NCBI RefSeq assembly: GCF_000189555.1
Contig: NC_017276.1
DNA: 64,000 bases
Direction: 5' to 3' (one strand)
DNA from: Saccharolobus islandicus REY15A
GTDB taxonomy: Archaea; Thermoproteota; Thermoprotei_A; Sulfolobales; Sulfolobaceae
The notes below the pieces were generated by a model, which made no database searches, was not told the origin of the DNA, and saw nothing but the letters and a program-made list of their open reading frames with translations. Both the position numbers and the translations under genes were made by a program. The stretch's first letter is position 1; each line of letters starts with the position of its first letter. This document shows, one piece after another, positions 12,968 to 22,861 of this stretch.

Positions 12968-13709
12968 TCAAATTACACCTTCTAAATTCTTCCTTATATA
13001 CTCATCAAACTCTTTGGGCTTAGAAATTTTAACTTCTCTAACTCTATTTATGAACTCGTCTTTTTCGTTTATTCTAAATAAAGTATTGAATCTCTTTTCA
13101 AAGCCTATTGTGGAACTAGGTTTTCCACTTATCCCAACACCACATACTGAACCGGCAGTATGTGTTGGGTAAATTTCAACATAATCTGGCAATCCTTTCA
13201 GCTTGGCTAGACTATAGTATAAATTCTCCTCCGCATTTTCCCCACCTATATCAATTCTTCCAACACCTCCTACGAACAAAGTATCCCCAGTTAATACAGC
13301 CCACGGCTCATTCCAACTCTCATCCCTCCTTTTATCATATACTAGAACTGAAATGCTATCTGGAGTATGTCCAGGAGTATGAATTACCTTTATCTTCACA
13401 TTTCCTGCCTTTATCTCCTCTCCATCCTTAATCCTCTCTACCTTAAATTTGACTTGTGACTCCTCATGATAGTAAATGTTAGCGTTAGTTAATGCTTGCA
13501 ATTTCTTTACACCAGATAAGTGATCAGCGTGAGTGTGTGTCTATTATATAAGCTATCTTCATATTACCTAAGTCTTGAGCTAATCTAACTATTTCATCTA
13601 CCATCTCGTACCTAGGATCGACTACAAACAATTCTCCAGCTTGAGTACAGCCAAAGATATAAGTAGCACAACCACCACTTTTGCTTATAATTTGCCTGAA
13701 TATCATCAT
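12968..13709 (-). pseudogene. MBL-fold hydrolase (persulfide dioxygenase/ETHE1-like), frameshifted in the HxHxDH motif
   Basis: ORFs 13524-13709 (...IIDTH) and 12968-13501 (HTPGHT, TGDTLF, YPTH); adding 2 nt near 13530-13540 restores DTH(T/S)HADH. Confidence 0.85.
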
Positions 13710-13793
13710 TTACTTTAAATAAATATAAATTAGGAGCCAAACTTAAAAACTAGTTAAAAAATGATTTATGGGAAAATGTATTTTTTAATTTAT

Positions 13794-15566
13794 CTAAAAT
13801 ATATTGTATTTTTTAGTGATATCATCTAAATATAATAGTATCGGAATTATAGTTGAATAAGGCAGTATATTCGTATTAACAACAGTATCTGTTTTTTGAG
13901 CTTTATATTGCCCTTGACTTAACTCCTTTAAATATGGTAGCAAATAGTGAGGTGGATGTATTAAGAATAAAGGCACATAACTTGAGTTGTAAGTATACGT
14001 AGAAGGATTCACCCATGGTGGTAAATAGTCACCAAACGGTTCTCCTCTTATACCTACAAATCCAAAGCCGTCTTTAGCTGCCAATTGCCATTCGTGGAAG
14101 GTCATATTTTCAGCCTTTAGTAAAGCAGCATTAAATGTTGGAATATAAGACAAACCTTGTTCTTGTAAATTAAGTTCTTGGCTAATTAAATAATAAAAAA
14201 CGTCATCAAACAGACTACCATCAGCAAAAGCCCAAGTAAAGTCTTGAGGAGCAGTATGCAATAAATCTTGATAATCGTACCACTGAATAGGTGTCTTATA
14301 ATAGTCAGTAGCATTATCCCAAATGGAAACAGCTCTAGGATACGTCCATATTTTCATTCCATCATATGATGCGACAAATTTCACAAAGTTCACTGCAGCT
14401 TGCAGCTGAGGATTATTTAAAGCAGGGACTGCTATAGCATCTACATCTATTACGTATATGCCTTGTGTTCCTGGGAAGGGCATGGCCATTAGGCTAATGT
14501 TTGTCCAATTTAAGTAAGGAGAGGCTGCTGGGTAAGTAGTAGTATTGTACCAATTAGTAGCATAGCCGGCCAACCAGTTTCCTCCTGCTTCGAATACTGC
14601 TTGTCCTTTTATTACTAGTGCTAAAGCGGACCATATAGATTGACTTTGCCAGCTCGGAATCACACTGCTTTGACCTACAAACTGCAAGAATACGTTATCA
14701 GTTTCGTTAATAATCTTTTGAACTGTTACGTTATTTAAGTTAAGCACTCCATACATTAACTCATTTGATAATTTAGCAGCTCCTGCAGCTCCATAGTATT
14801 GCGCAGCTACAGATAGGAATATTGCGAACCACAAATGTAATTGTTCATAACCACCCTCTGCACCGGAAACTGCCCAAGGAGTTATACCATGAGATTCCAA
14901 CTGTTGAGTATCGTAAATCAGCATACTCAAATTCGTGGGAATGGGCAAATTATACTCCCTAAGAATCTTGGGATTAAAATAGAGTTCCTCACCCCTATCA
15001 ACACTCATGGGAGAACTGAATATTGTACCATTATAAGATATGGCAAGTAGAGCACTTCTTACACCATATTTGAATAATCCTTCTTGTTGCAATACTGGAG
15101 TTAAGTTATATAAATCATGAGGATTAGGTAATAATTCTACGTATGATAAGACTTCAGGACCTGCATGGGTCCAAAAAGCTCCTTCTAATTTTCCAGCTTC
15201 AATATCATTAACTATTACATATCTTACTTCTACACCGCTAGCTCCTGGCAGTCCCTCAGACTGCATTATATAACCTGGATAGTAAATTGAAAAGTTACCT
15301 TGAAGATATTTTAATCCTATCGGATCTTCAGAACCGAAAGTATTTATAAAATCTACTACTTGTGATGCTGATGAGGAAGAAGTAGATACTGGTATTGATG
15401 AGAAAGTAGATGTGCTTACTGATGAAGTTGAGGTAATAGATGATGTAGGTGCTCTAGTTAAATAGTATGCACCTATCCCTCCAACTATAGCAACTATAAT
15501 AACTATTATTATTATTGAAATTATAGCTCTTGAGATTGCTTTATACTTTTTATCTTTTTTTAACAT
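13794..15566 (-). CDS. Sugar ABC transporter substrate-binding protein, GlcS-like, orphan
   Basis: Class III (pilin-like) signal peptide, Ser/Thr linker, similarity recalled to Sulfolobus GlcS (HAGPE..SYV, PFPGTQ, QWYDYQ.LL); no permease or ATPase adjacent. Confidence 0.75.
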   Translation of the reverse strand: MLKKDKKYKAISRAIISIIIIVIIVAIVGGIGAYYLTRAPTSSITSTSSVSTSTFSSIPVSTSSSSASQVVDFINTFGSEDPIGLKYLQGNFSIYYPGYIMQSEGLPGASGVEVRYVIVNDIEAGKLEGAFWTHAGPEVLSYVELLPNPHDLYNLTPVLQQEGLFKYGVRSALLAISYNGTIFSSPMSVDRGEELYFNPKILREYNLPIPTNLSMLIYDTQQLESHGITPWAVSGAEGGYEQLHLWFAIFLSVAAQYYGAAGAAKLSNELMYGVLNLNNVTVQKIINETDNVFLQFVGQSSVIPSWQSQSIWSALALVIKGQAVFEAGGNWLAGYATNWYNTTTYPAASPYLNWTNISLMAMPFPGTQGIYVIDVDAIAVPALNNPQLQAAVNFVKFVASYDGMKIWTYPRAVSIWDNATDYYKTPIQWYDYQDLLHTAPQDFTWAFADGSLFDDVFYYLISQELNLQEQGLSYIPTFNAALLKAENMTFHEWQLAAKDGFGFVGIRGEPFGDYLPPWVNPSTYTYNSSYVPLFLIHPPHYLLPYLKELSQGQYKAQKTDTVVNTNILPYSTIIPILLYLDDITKKYNIF

Positions 15567-15608
15567 TTTCTCACAGTCTTCTGTTAGGTTCTACTATTAT
15601 ATATTCCA

Positions 15609-15689
15609 TATATTTTACATATAAAGTAGCTATGTTAAGAAATATGAACAGTGTAAATATCTTTATATTTTACATATAAAGTAGCTATG
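15609..15689. repeat. 26-bp perfect direct repeat upstream of the binding-protein gene
   Basis: TATATTTTACATATAAAGTAGCTATG at 15609-15634 and 15664-15689. Confidence 0.9.
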
Positions 15690-15858
15690 AACTATATAAG
15701 CATAAATTGTTAAAACCAGCCTAAGTAGACTAATGCTTATTATAACCTATATAAAGGTCTAGTAAGAATCTTATTAACTCGATTGAGTAGTACAGTTAAT
15801 ATGAAAGAGAAATCGATAAGTTTTAAGAGTAAATAGGGTGTTTATCGTTTATCTATCC

Positions 15859-16189
15859 CTAAGCTATCTCTATAACCTTAGAATACTTTAGGTAGTCCTT
15901 AAATCCCTCCTTATCAGTAACATGTAATTCGACCGGGGCATCAAAGGGAAGGCCATAAATGTCAAAAGCTCTCTTAAATACTTCCAACTTAAACTTAACG
16001 CTCTCCTTTACTTCAGAAACAATCAGAATTTCAATATCGCTTAAAAACCGTAAACCCTATCTCTGCAACACCACCAAATACGTAAACTTTAGAATTAGGG
16101 TCGATGTCCTTTGAAGCTTTAGCGATAATCTCAGCGTATTCTCTCCACCTCCTTAAATGTTCAAATTTTCTTTTAACCCAGCTTGACAC
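15859..16189 (-). pseudogene. Minimal nucleotidyltransferase (MNT) antitoxin, frameshifted
   Basis: Manual translation ...KVYVFGGVAE / SDIEILIVS...PVELHV; 331 nt (+1 frameshift); overlaps the HEPN stop. Confidence 0.7.
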
Positions 16190-16589
16190 TTTTAGCCACC
16201 TCCTCCAGAAGGTTAATTAACTCAATGACTACTTTAATAGCATCATTTGTAAATGCCTCTTCCAAATCCTCCTCACTATATCTGCTTCCAACATAACTTT
16301 CCTCTAGGAGGAGTAGAGTATCACGGTTTCTGACAATGAAATCCTTAAGTTTCTTAACCTCTTCTGTAAACCCGTTCTTTTCGAGTTCTAATGCTAACTG
16401 ACCTATAAGTCCTCTTATCTGATGACCTCTTAGTTTATCGCCAATTAACTCGTTATACACGACCTTAACATAAAGGTGCACTGCTTGCTCTGCAAGAAAT
16501 ACTTTCCAATTAAGGTAACTCGTATTCTTAGCTATATTAAGCGCATTTATAGCCCTCTCCTTAAGCTTTTTTACGTAATTTCCGCTCAC
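16173..16589 (-). CDS. HEPN-domain protein of an MNT-HEPN pair
   Basis: GTG at 16589; FLAEQAVHLYVK, RGHQIRGL and SRY features of MNT-associated HEPN. Confidence 0.7.
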   Translation of the reverse strand: MSGNYVKKLKERAINALNIAKNTSYLNWKVFLAEQAVHLYVKVVYNELIGDKLRGHQIRGLIGQLALELEKNGFTEEVKKLKDFIVRNRDTLLLLEESYVGSRYSEEDLEEAFTNDAIKVVIELINLLEEVAKSVKLG

Positions 16590-16997
16590 AACTGATAATA
16601 AGTTGCAAAAGCTACTATATTTTGCAACAATTTTACCCAATCTAGTCTCATAACGTCTCAACTCCTTAAGCTTAAAATCCTCAAAGATTGCTACGGTAAT
16701 ATTATTCTCGTTAACGTCAATAGAAAGATAATTACCATCCCTCGACTCTACCTCAACCTCCTTCTCAAAGGTTAGCCAAACGAGAACTTTCCTACCCACT
16801 AACCTCAACCTCAGTTGTTGTGAAACCTTCCAGCCATTGTACACGCAATGGATAAACTGTTTAGTGGACTTGAGGGGAATTTCAGCCCAACTCTTGTGAG
16901 TTAGAACGCCGAGCGAAACCTTGTTAAACCTCCAATTTACCGTGTTTGGTATAGTGATTGCAACCCTCTTGTACTCTGGCTTATCCTTCCTAGTCAA
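16590..16997 (-). pseudogene. tnpB: tnpB internal fragment, read in frame into the HEPN gene
   Basis: ...VWLTFEKEV...YLSIDVNENN (RuvC-I-like)...ETRLGKIV. Confidence 0.65.
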
Positions 16998-17213
16998 CCC
17001 CTAGAGTGGTTTGTTACAACCTCCCACATGGAGTTTTTATCCCCTCTTGTTAGATCGTTCTAGGGGCTTCACAGCCTTATGGTGAGTATTTATATTCTTG
17101 AATAATCTGGAATCATATTATTTTTCTCCTTACTTGCTTATTTCTTTTATTCTTATAATACTCGATTTTATTCGTTAACTTGTTAAAAGTATCGTTATTG
17201 GGATACATATTTA

Positions 17214-17525
17214 TTAATAATTTATATTGCTGACTAATTTAAAGTATTCTTTAATTATTTCTTTTCCTTTATCCGTAATTCGTATAAACATCCTTATTCC
17301 ATTTACTGTGAAATCCTTTTTAGAGTTTACTAAACCTTCATCTTCTAATATCTGTATGTGCATCATTAAAGAACTTTTAGGAATTCTAGAATACTCCAAG
17401 AGCTCTGAAAAGGTCATCTGATTAAATGTATATAAACTTATTAATATTGCTAATCGTACAGAATTATTTAAAGCTCTGTTGTTGAGGAATTTTATTAGTT
17501 CCTTAATTTTCTCTTCATTACTCAA
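17214..17525 (-). CDS. Winged-helix (ArsR/MarR-like) transcriptional regulator
   Basis: RLAILISL...FSELL...KSSLMMHIQILEDEGLV...ITDKG; likely TTG start at 17525. Confidence 0.8.
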   Translation of the reverse strand: MSNEEKIKELIKFLNNRALNNSVRLAILISLYTFNQMTFSELLEYSRIPKSSLMMHIQILEDEGLVNSKKDFTVNGIRMFIRITDKGKEIIKEYFKLVSNINY

Positions 17526-18135
17526 TAGCAGACACCTCAAGGAAAGAGCTAATAGAAGCATATAGCCATACAATATCGAAGACTATGAAGATTGCGTTAA
17601 ATAAAGATGTGACTATGTTTAAGGGTGTTAACAAAAGTACTATTATAGCTATCATATCATAATATCTAGGTTCCGCGAGTCTATATTTGGAGTATAAGAA
17701 GCGATATAAAGAATAAGCCACGAAAAGTATATATACATAAAAGGATAATATAAGGTAGATTAGATCTATATTTAGATATGTAACTATAGCGAAAGATATG
17801 ATTAACTGTGAAATGAGTAAGACCCAAATATAATTAATACGCTTGTAGATCTTATCATTTTCTTTATTTTTAACAAGTTTTAAATAGTCAATTCTAATTC
17901 CCCTAAACAGCCCTATCGTGTAATATATAAATGGGATAACAGCAATAAATGGAATAATCCCATTTATTAGCGAATTATTTATTCCTATATTTGATAGTAA
18001 AGTATATATCAAAGCCAAAACTAGACTATATATTACCCAAGTAGCGTAATAAATACCTAATGTTCTTCTGGCTTTTTTCATTATGATAATTCTAGCGAAT
18101 TTCTCACTATCTCTAATTAACTCTCTATATTCCAT
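17518..18135 (-). CDS. Multi-pass membrane protein
   Basis: About six hydrophobic segments; coupled to the ABC ATPase and regulator genes. Confidence 0.75.
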   Translation of the reverse strand: MEYRELIRDSEKFARIIIMKKARRTLGIYYATWVIYSLVLALIYTLLSNIGINNSLINGIIPFIAVIPFIYYTIGLFRGIRIDYLKLVKNKENDKIYKRINYIWVLLISQLIISFAIVTYLNIDLIYLILSFYVYILFVAYSLYRFLYSKYRLAEPRYYDMIAIIVLLLTPLNIVTSLFNAIFIVFDIVWLYASISSFLEVSAIE

Positions 18136-18912
18136 TTATGCGACACCATAAATTCTATTAATACTGCCTAATATACTAAGTTTTATCCCCTTACTTAAGT
18201 CCTTAATCAAAGATATTTTCTTCCCATTTGGGAGATCTATGACAATTATAGCTCCGCTAATATTACCTTCTACTACACTAGCCTCTATAAGGTCATTAAC
18301 CATTATAGGTCCATAAAGTCTTCCATTAAGAATAATATAAGAATCCCAGTCATTAAACTTCTTAAGCATATCTAATTCGTGGGTAGTTAAAAATCCCCCA
18401 GTGAAGTACTCCTTAATCCAATTAGTTATGGTCATTCTTCTATCGGGATCTAGATTCTCAAAAGGTTCGTCAATTAGGCAATTTTTACAATTTGATGATA
18501 AGGCTAAGGCCAATCTTACAATTGAAGATTGCCCCGTTGAGAGTTTATGTAATGGTTTATTGATAACTTGTTCGTATATTCTCGCTTCTTTTAAGAACTT
18601 GTTAAATAAGCTCTGGTCTAATCCTTTTATTTCCTCTAGAATATACGCCACATCCCTAACCGTTATACCTATACTGTATACCTCTGAGAGGTTAGTAGAA
18701 AGTTTAAGATAATTTTTAACTTTTCTAACTTCTAATCCATCTACGTATATAAAACCCTTATATTTTATTAATCCACAAGTGGCTCTGATTAATGTAGTCT
18801 TCCCAGAGCCATTGGGTCCTAAAATTAAAGTTTTTCCCTTAATGTCAAAGCTGATATTTCGAAATAATGTATTATATTTGAAATCAATTGTCACATTCTT
18901 GTATTCTAGCAT
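18136..18912 (-). CDS. ABC transporter ATP-binding protein
   Basis: GPNGSGKT, LSTGQ, LIDEP, THE. Confidence 0.92.
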   Translation of the reverse strand: MLEYKNVTIDFKYNTLFRNISFDIKGKTLILGPNGSGKTTLIRATCGLIKYKGFIYVDGLEVRKVKNYLKLSTNLSEVYSIGITVRDVAYILEEIKGLDQSLFNKFLKEARIYEQVINKPLHKLSTGQSSIVRLALALSSNCKNCLIDEPFENLDPDRRMTITNWIKEYFTGGFLTTHELDMLKKFNDWDSYIILNGRLYGPIMVNDLIEASVVEGNISGAIIVIDLPNGKKISLIKDLSKGIKLSILGSINRIYGVA

Positions 18913-19011
18913 GATTATTATCTTATATTATATAAATAAAAATGATCAAGCTGGTTCAGGTTTTGAACTATTATCATATCTTATATTTCCGATTTGTACT
19001 TACTAATAACC

Positions 19012-19839
19012 ATGAAAAGGGTTTTAATTTACACTACAAAACGCATACTTAAAAGTCCATCCGTAATAGGCTGGGGGATACTCTTTATACTCTTCTGGGG
19101 ATTCATTGGAGCCTATATATTCGCTCCTAGTTTTGCTAAGGAAATACCAAGTGAATATCTAAATAGAAGTTATCAAAGCTATACTGCTGCTTATTATGCG
19201 GATCTTATAATACTCTCACTGAGCTCAATAGCTGTCTCTATCTCTTTTATGATCTTTTATCAAACCGGTACACTACCTTATTTACTTAGATACAGTAAGA
19301 TGAAAATAAGCAGTTATCTAATATCAATATACTCTGGTATAATGATCGCTGTGTTAATTATAGGGCTACTCATTACATTTTCTATATCTATAATGTTCTC
19401 TAACAATGGATTAGGCATATCCACCTATCCTTCGAAACCTTACATAATTATCCCAGTTATCGTCCTAGGAACCTTATTTTTTACATCATTCTCCATATTT
19501 TTAGTGTTAATTCAAGTAAAATTAGGTACAATGAAATTGCAAAACCTCTTTGGCTATATACCCTTAATCTTAGGATTCCTCTTTTACTCTTTATATACCT
19601 TTTCCACCAACTATCCACAAATTTTAGACTACATCTCACCATATTTACTTATAATTCTCTTGCTATACTACGGATATAGCGGAGGCATTCCTCCCGTTAA
19701 TATTCAAAATTCAGATACTGTATCACTTTCAACTGTTGTGCTATCATCACTAGTATGGACAATTGCATTCACTGTAATAGATATGATGTTACTTAGGAAA
19801 ATACAATTCGTAGATATAGAAGAGGCCAGACAACTCTGA
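19012..19839 (+). CDS. ABC-2-type permease-like membrane protein (divergent from the ATPase)
   Basis: Six TM segments; ATG at 19012. Confidence 0.7.
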   Translation: MKRVLIYTTKRILKSPSVIGWGILFILFWGFIGAYIFAPSFAKEIPSEYLNRSYQSYTAAYYADLIILSLSSIAVSISFMIFYQTGTLPYLLRYSKMKISSYLISIYSGIMIAVLIIGLLITFSISIMFSNNGLGISTYPSKPYIIIPVIVLGTLFFTSFSIFLVLIQVKLGTMKLQNLFGYIPLILGFLFYSLYTFSTNYPQILDYISPYLLIILLLYYGYSGGIPPVNIQNSDTVSLSTVVLSSLVWTIAFTVIDMMLLRKIQFVDIEEARQL

Positions 19840-20005
19840 TAGCTAATAATGATACTCCAGATAACTTAGATTATCAAAGTGATATCATCCAGTCACTAAA
19901 ACAGCAGCATTTATTTCTTCATCTAGAGAAATAGAAGGAGAAACTACGGTAGAAATACTAAGGGGAAAATTCAGGTAAGTCCACATCGATATTATTTAAT
20001 AGTCC

Positions 20006-20275
20006 TCACCTTGCACCTAAAGCAGTAATAATAGTTTCTAATCTTTTTATATCGTCTTTTGTTGCAAAACTCTTTAAACTCTCTTTTACTTCCCCTATGT
20101 CTTTTTCTATCTATTGAGTATGAGTTTTGAGTTCATCAATATCACGAATAATGGTTTGCCAAGGCATTAACTTAGCTAATGCCTCATAGAGAATTTCCGG
20201 TTTCTCCATTAATGCGTCAACTATAATCGATGGATTTTACTTTAGGGTCTTTTCAATCTCTTCAGCCAGCGACAT
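20006..20275 (-). pseudogene. Degraded coiled-coil/PD-(D/E)XK (DUF3782-like) gene, N-terminal part
   Basis: Manual translation MSLAEEIEKTLK / NPSIIVDALMEKPEILYEALAKL...*IEKDIGEVK...FATKDDIKRLETIITALGAR*, with a frameshift and stops. Confidence 0.5.
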
Positions 20276-20285
20276 CTTCAATTAG

Positions 20286-20500
20286 ATCTTCATTATTACT
20301 AGCTTGTGAACTACCCCGCCCTTACGGACGTGGCATCTCCACCTCACGATGGAGATTTCCTGCTTCTTCCAGGAAACCTACTATACACACCCTCAGAGAA
20401 GGGTATGTATAGCAGAGGTCCCCTGTCCACAGGCTCTAAGGGCTGTCCCGACCCCGCACGAAGAATATTTAGAGAAGCATTATAGTCACGATCTACAGCC
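20286..20500 (-). ncRNA. Predicted omegaRNA (tnpB 3' end + right end + ~20-nt flanking guide AAGCTAGTAATAATGAAGAT); 5' boundary approximate
   Basis: Established TnpB architecture; stems CTATAC..ACCCT/AGGGT..GTATAG and the right-end hairpin are visible. Confidence 0.55.
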
Positions 20501-21549
20501 CAACCACACTTGGGGCATACAAACACACGGTCAGCCAAAGCCAGGTCCTTCTTAACGTAACCGCACCTAGCACACGTCTTAGAAGTATTCCTCGGATCTA
20601 CTTTCACTACCCTCCTACCAGCTCTTTCAGCCTTGTAGGAGAGATAGCTCACAAACTTAGAAAAGTTGGAGTGAAGGATATGCTTTCTCAAAACTTTACT
20701 TTCACTGCCCTCAACCATCTCCTTGACATCAAGATCTTCCACGTATATCTCACCATACTGTTCTACTAACCACGAAGTTACCTTATGAATATAATCACTC
20801 ATCAAGTTCTTCACATGCTCGTGAAGCTTAGCTAGTTTTTTCCTAACCTTCTCGTAGTTTCTAGATCCCTTCTTCTTTCTAGATAATGATTTTTGTAAGA
20901 TCTTTATCCTCCTCTCGACCTTATCAAAGACCTTAGGGTTCTCTACCACTACACCGTCAGAAGTAGTTACTAGTTTATCCACTCCTAAGTCTATTCCAAC
21001 TACTTTCCCAGTTTTCTCAAGAGGCTTCTTTTCAACCTCGACTTGAAAGATAGCATACCATCCAGTTACACTCTTCTTTATTATTACCCCTTTTACCTCG
21101 CCTTCTAACGGTCTGTGAAAGAGTACTTTTATCTCTCCTATCTTTGAGAGGATCAGCTTGTCTCCCTCAACCTTGAAACCAGATTGATTATAATTGATGA
21201 TCTTCAAGATCTTCTTGTACCTCAGTTTCCCCACTTTCTTCCCTTTCTTCTTCAGTTCGTGAAGAGAGTTGATGTTGTACCATAATTGGTTGTTAACCAT
21301 TTGAAGGGCTTTAGAGTAAACTAGTTCCTTCCCTTCTATTTTCAGATCTTTCAGCATGTTTTGAGTATCCTTAGGTGTTATCTTTTTCCCTTCTTTCCTC
21401 GCGTTATTCACCACGTCTAGCAAGGCATTGTATACTTTAGCCTCAATTTGCATCACTTTGATGAGTTTCTCCTCCACTTCTCTCGTTGGGTAAATCTTGT
21501 ACTTGAATGAGAGTTGGGTCTTGTCATTCTTCTCCTTGGCTCTCCACAT
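20344..21549 (-). CDS. tnpB: RNA-guided endonuclease TnpB (401 aa)
   Basis: RuvC D (GIDLG), E (VEDL), D (DRDYNA); Zn finger CARC...CPKC. Confidence 0.95.
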   Translation of the reverse strand: MWRAKEKNDKTQLSFKYKIYPTREVEEKLIKVMQIEAKVYNALLDVVNNARKEGKKITPKDTQNMLKDLKIEGKELVYSKALQMVNNQLWYNINSLHELKKKGKKVGKLRYKKILKIINYNQSGFKVEGDKLILSKIGEIKVLFHRPLEGEVKGVIIKKSVTGWYAIFQVEVEKKPLEKTGKVVGIDLGVDKLVTTSDGVVVENPKVFDKVERRIKILQKSLSRKKKGSRNYEKVRKKLAKLHEHVKNLMSDYIHKVTSWLVEQYGEIYVEDLDVKEMVEGSESKVLRKHILHSNFSKFVSYLSYKAERAGRRVVKVDPRNTSKTCARCGYVKKDLALADRVFVCPKCGWAVDRDYNASLNILRAGSGQPLEPVDRGPLLYIPFSEGVYSRFPGRSRKSPS

Positions 21550-21931
21550 ATTTTTTCAGTACCTCCAGTGTTACTTGTCCGCTCGTAGCTAGGAAATAAG
21601 AAGGAGACCAGAAGTGTCCTTTCCATAATTTTTCCTTTACTTGTGGAAATTTTCTCTGTATTTCTCTAGACGTGATGGTCTTGATTGCGTTCACGTACCT
21701 GGGTATATTTAGGGTTGGTTTTGCCTTGAATAACATGTGGAAGTGGTCTTTGTCTACTCCTATATCTATGACTTCAACTTCGAATGTTTTGCTTATTTCC
21801 TGAATTTGTTCCTTTAGGAAGTTGATTATTTCTTCATTATCGAACACCTTTCTGCGGTACTTCACCACCTGGACATAGTGGTAATAAAGAGCGTAAACTG
21901 AATGGGATCCTCTGTCCAATCTGTACCGCAT
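21524..21931 (-). CDS. tnpA: Y1 HUH transposase TnpA
   Basis: DHFH HUH motif, W..SYF and catalytic KKYVESQ. Confidence 0.95.
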   Translation of the reverse strand: MRYRLDRGSHSVYALYYHYVQVVKYRRKVFDNEEIINFLKEQIQEISKTFEVEVIDIGVDKDHFHMLFKAKPTLNIPRYVNAIKTITSREIQRKFPQVKEKLWKGHFWSPSYFLATSGQVTLEVLKKYVESQGEE

Positions 21932-22150
21932 AGTTATATCTATTTTTTAATAACTATAAAAAGGTTTCTATAAGGGGGCTATTCATCCCTCACGGAAGGG
22001 GACTTTCGCCCCCTTAACCCCTAATTAAGTTAAAAATATCTTCTTGATTCAGAGAAACTTTATCTAATTCACATAATATCCTAATTGAACAAGTGCTAGC
22101 AATTGAATTCAAAAAAAATCTGATAGCACCCAAGGTTCTATTCAGCTAAC

Positions 22151-22221
22151 CTGACTCCTCTTCACCTTGGAAGGGCGATGGTTCCCTTCCAACGGGTTCA
22201 TCGTTCCCACCATTGATTCGG
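22151..22221 (-). mobile_element. Solitary right-end remnant of the 7142/39264 tnpB family
   Basis: GAATCAATGGTGGGAACGATGAACCC...GGAACCATCGCCCTTCCAAGG...GGAGTCAG on the minus strand, similar to 39195-39264. Confidence 0.7.
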
Positions 22222-22249
22222 TGTCTAATTTAGTGAGCAATAGGGTATC

Positions 22250-22370
22250 ATGAGAAGGAAGAAGAGAAAAAGAGTTAGGTAAATAGCTAGGTCTACTAAC
22301 CTTGAGCAAGAATCAAGTGTTAAAACTAAATGATGAGATAAGAAATCCAATAGAGACGTTTTATATTATG
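22250..22370 (+). pseudogene. Degenerate ISH3 transposase fragment
   Basis: ARSTNL / KNQVLKLNDEIRNPIETFY versus ARATNL / KREVLDLYNKVRGPIETSY in the 5.9-6.0 kb copy. Confidence 0.55.
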
Positions 22371-22659
22371 GGAACACTAAGTCTTGTCTCTAGTTCATTA
22401 GTTCAACTACGTTCGTGTTTCGTATTTTAGCCTATTTAGGTTATCTTTGAACAGCGTAAAAGAAGGAATAGGTTAAGCATTATCGTCATGAAGGCAAGAT
22501 TTCAGATTTCTATTCTCTCTCACTTATTAATATGACGTCTAATATAGAGGATTATTTAGTCAAAGTTCAAAGTGAAGGAAACGTCTTTTAATACTATAGA
22601 TTTATTTTTAAGGGGTGGATTTACATCTACTGGAAAGTGAAAGTTTAAGATAATAACTG

Positions 22660-22741
22660 GTTTTATGTGAGCTTTCTTAACGTATTCTCTCAGCAGTAAG
22701 TATGAGATTCCTACACGTTTTCGTATTTCTTTACGTTTCAT
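22660..22741 (-). pseudogene. IS607-type serine-recombinase TnpA N-terminal (MerR-like HTH) remnant
   Basis: KEIRKRVGISYLLLREYVKKAHIKPV resembles my recollection of Sulfolobus ISC1904/1913 TnpA (KE.CQRLGISY.TLREYVKKGYIKPV). Confidence 0.55.
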
Positions 22742-22861
22742 ATTCTATAAAAATTTGTGATGAACTAATTTAAACCTTACGATTTATTTGAAACTGCTGA
22801 CTTCTGGGTATCTTGAAATGACGTTCCTTTTATCTGTAGCCTAGATTTCATCTTGGCTAGC

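Larger units (their letters stand above)
20306..22029 (-). mobile_element. IS200/IS605-family element (ISC1733-like), intact, 1724 bp
   Basis: tnpA plus tnpB, subterminal hairpins at both ends, TTTAA at 22030-22034 immediately 5' of the left end, right end ...GTAGTTCAC; no IR or TSD. Confidence 0.92.
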
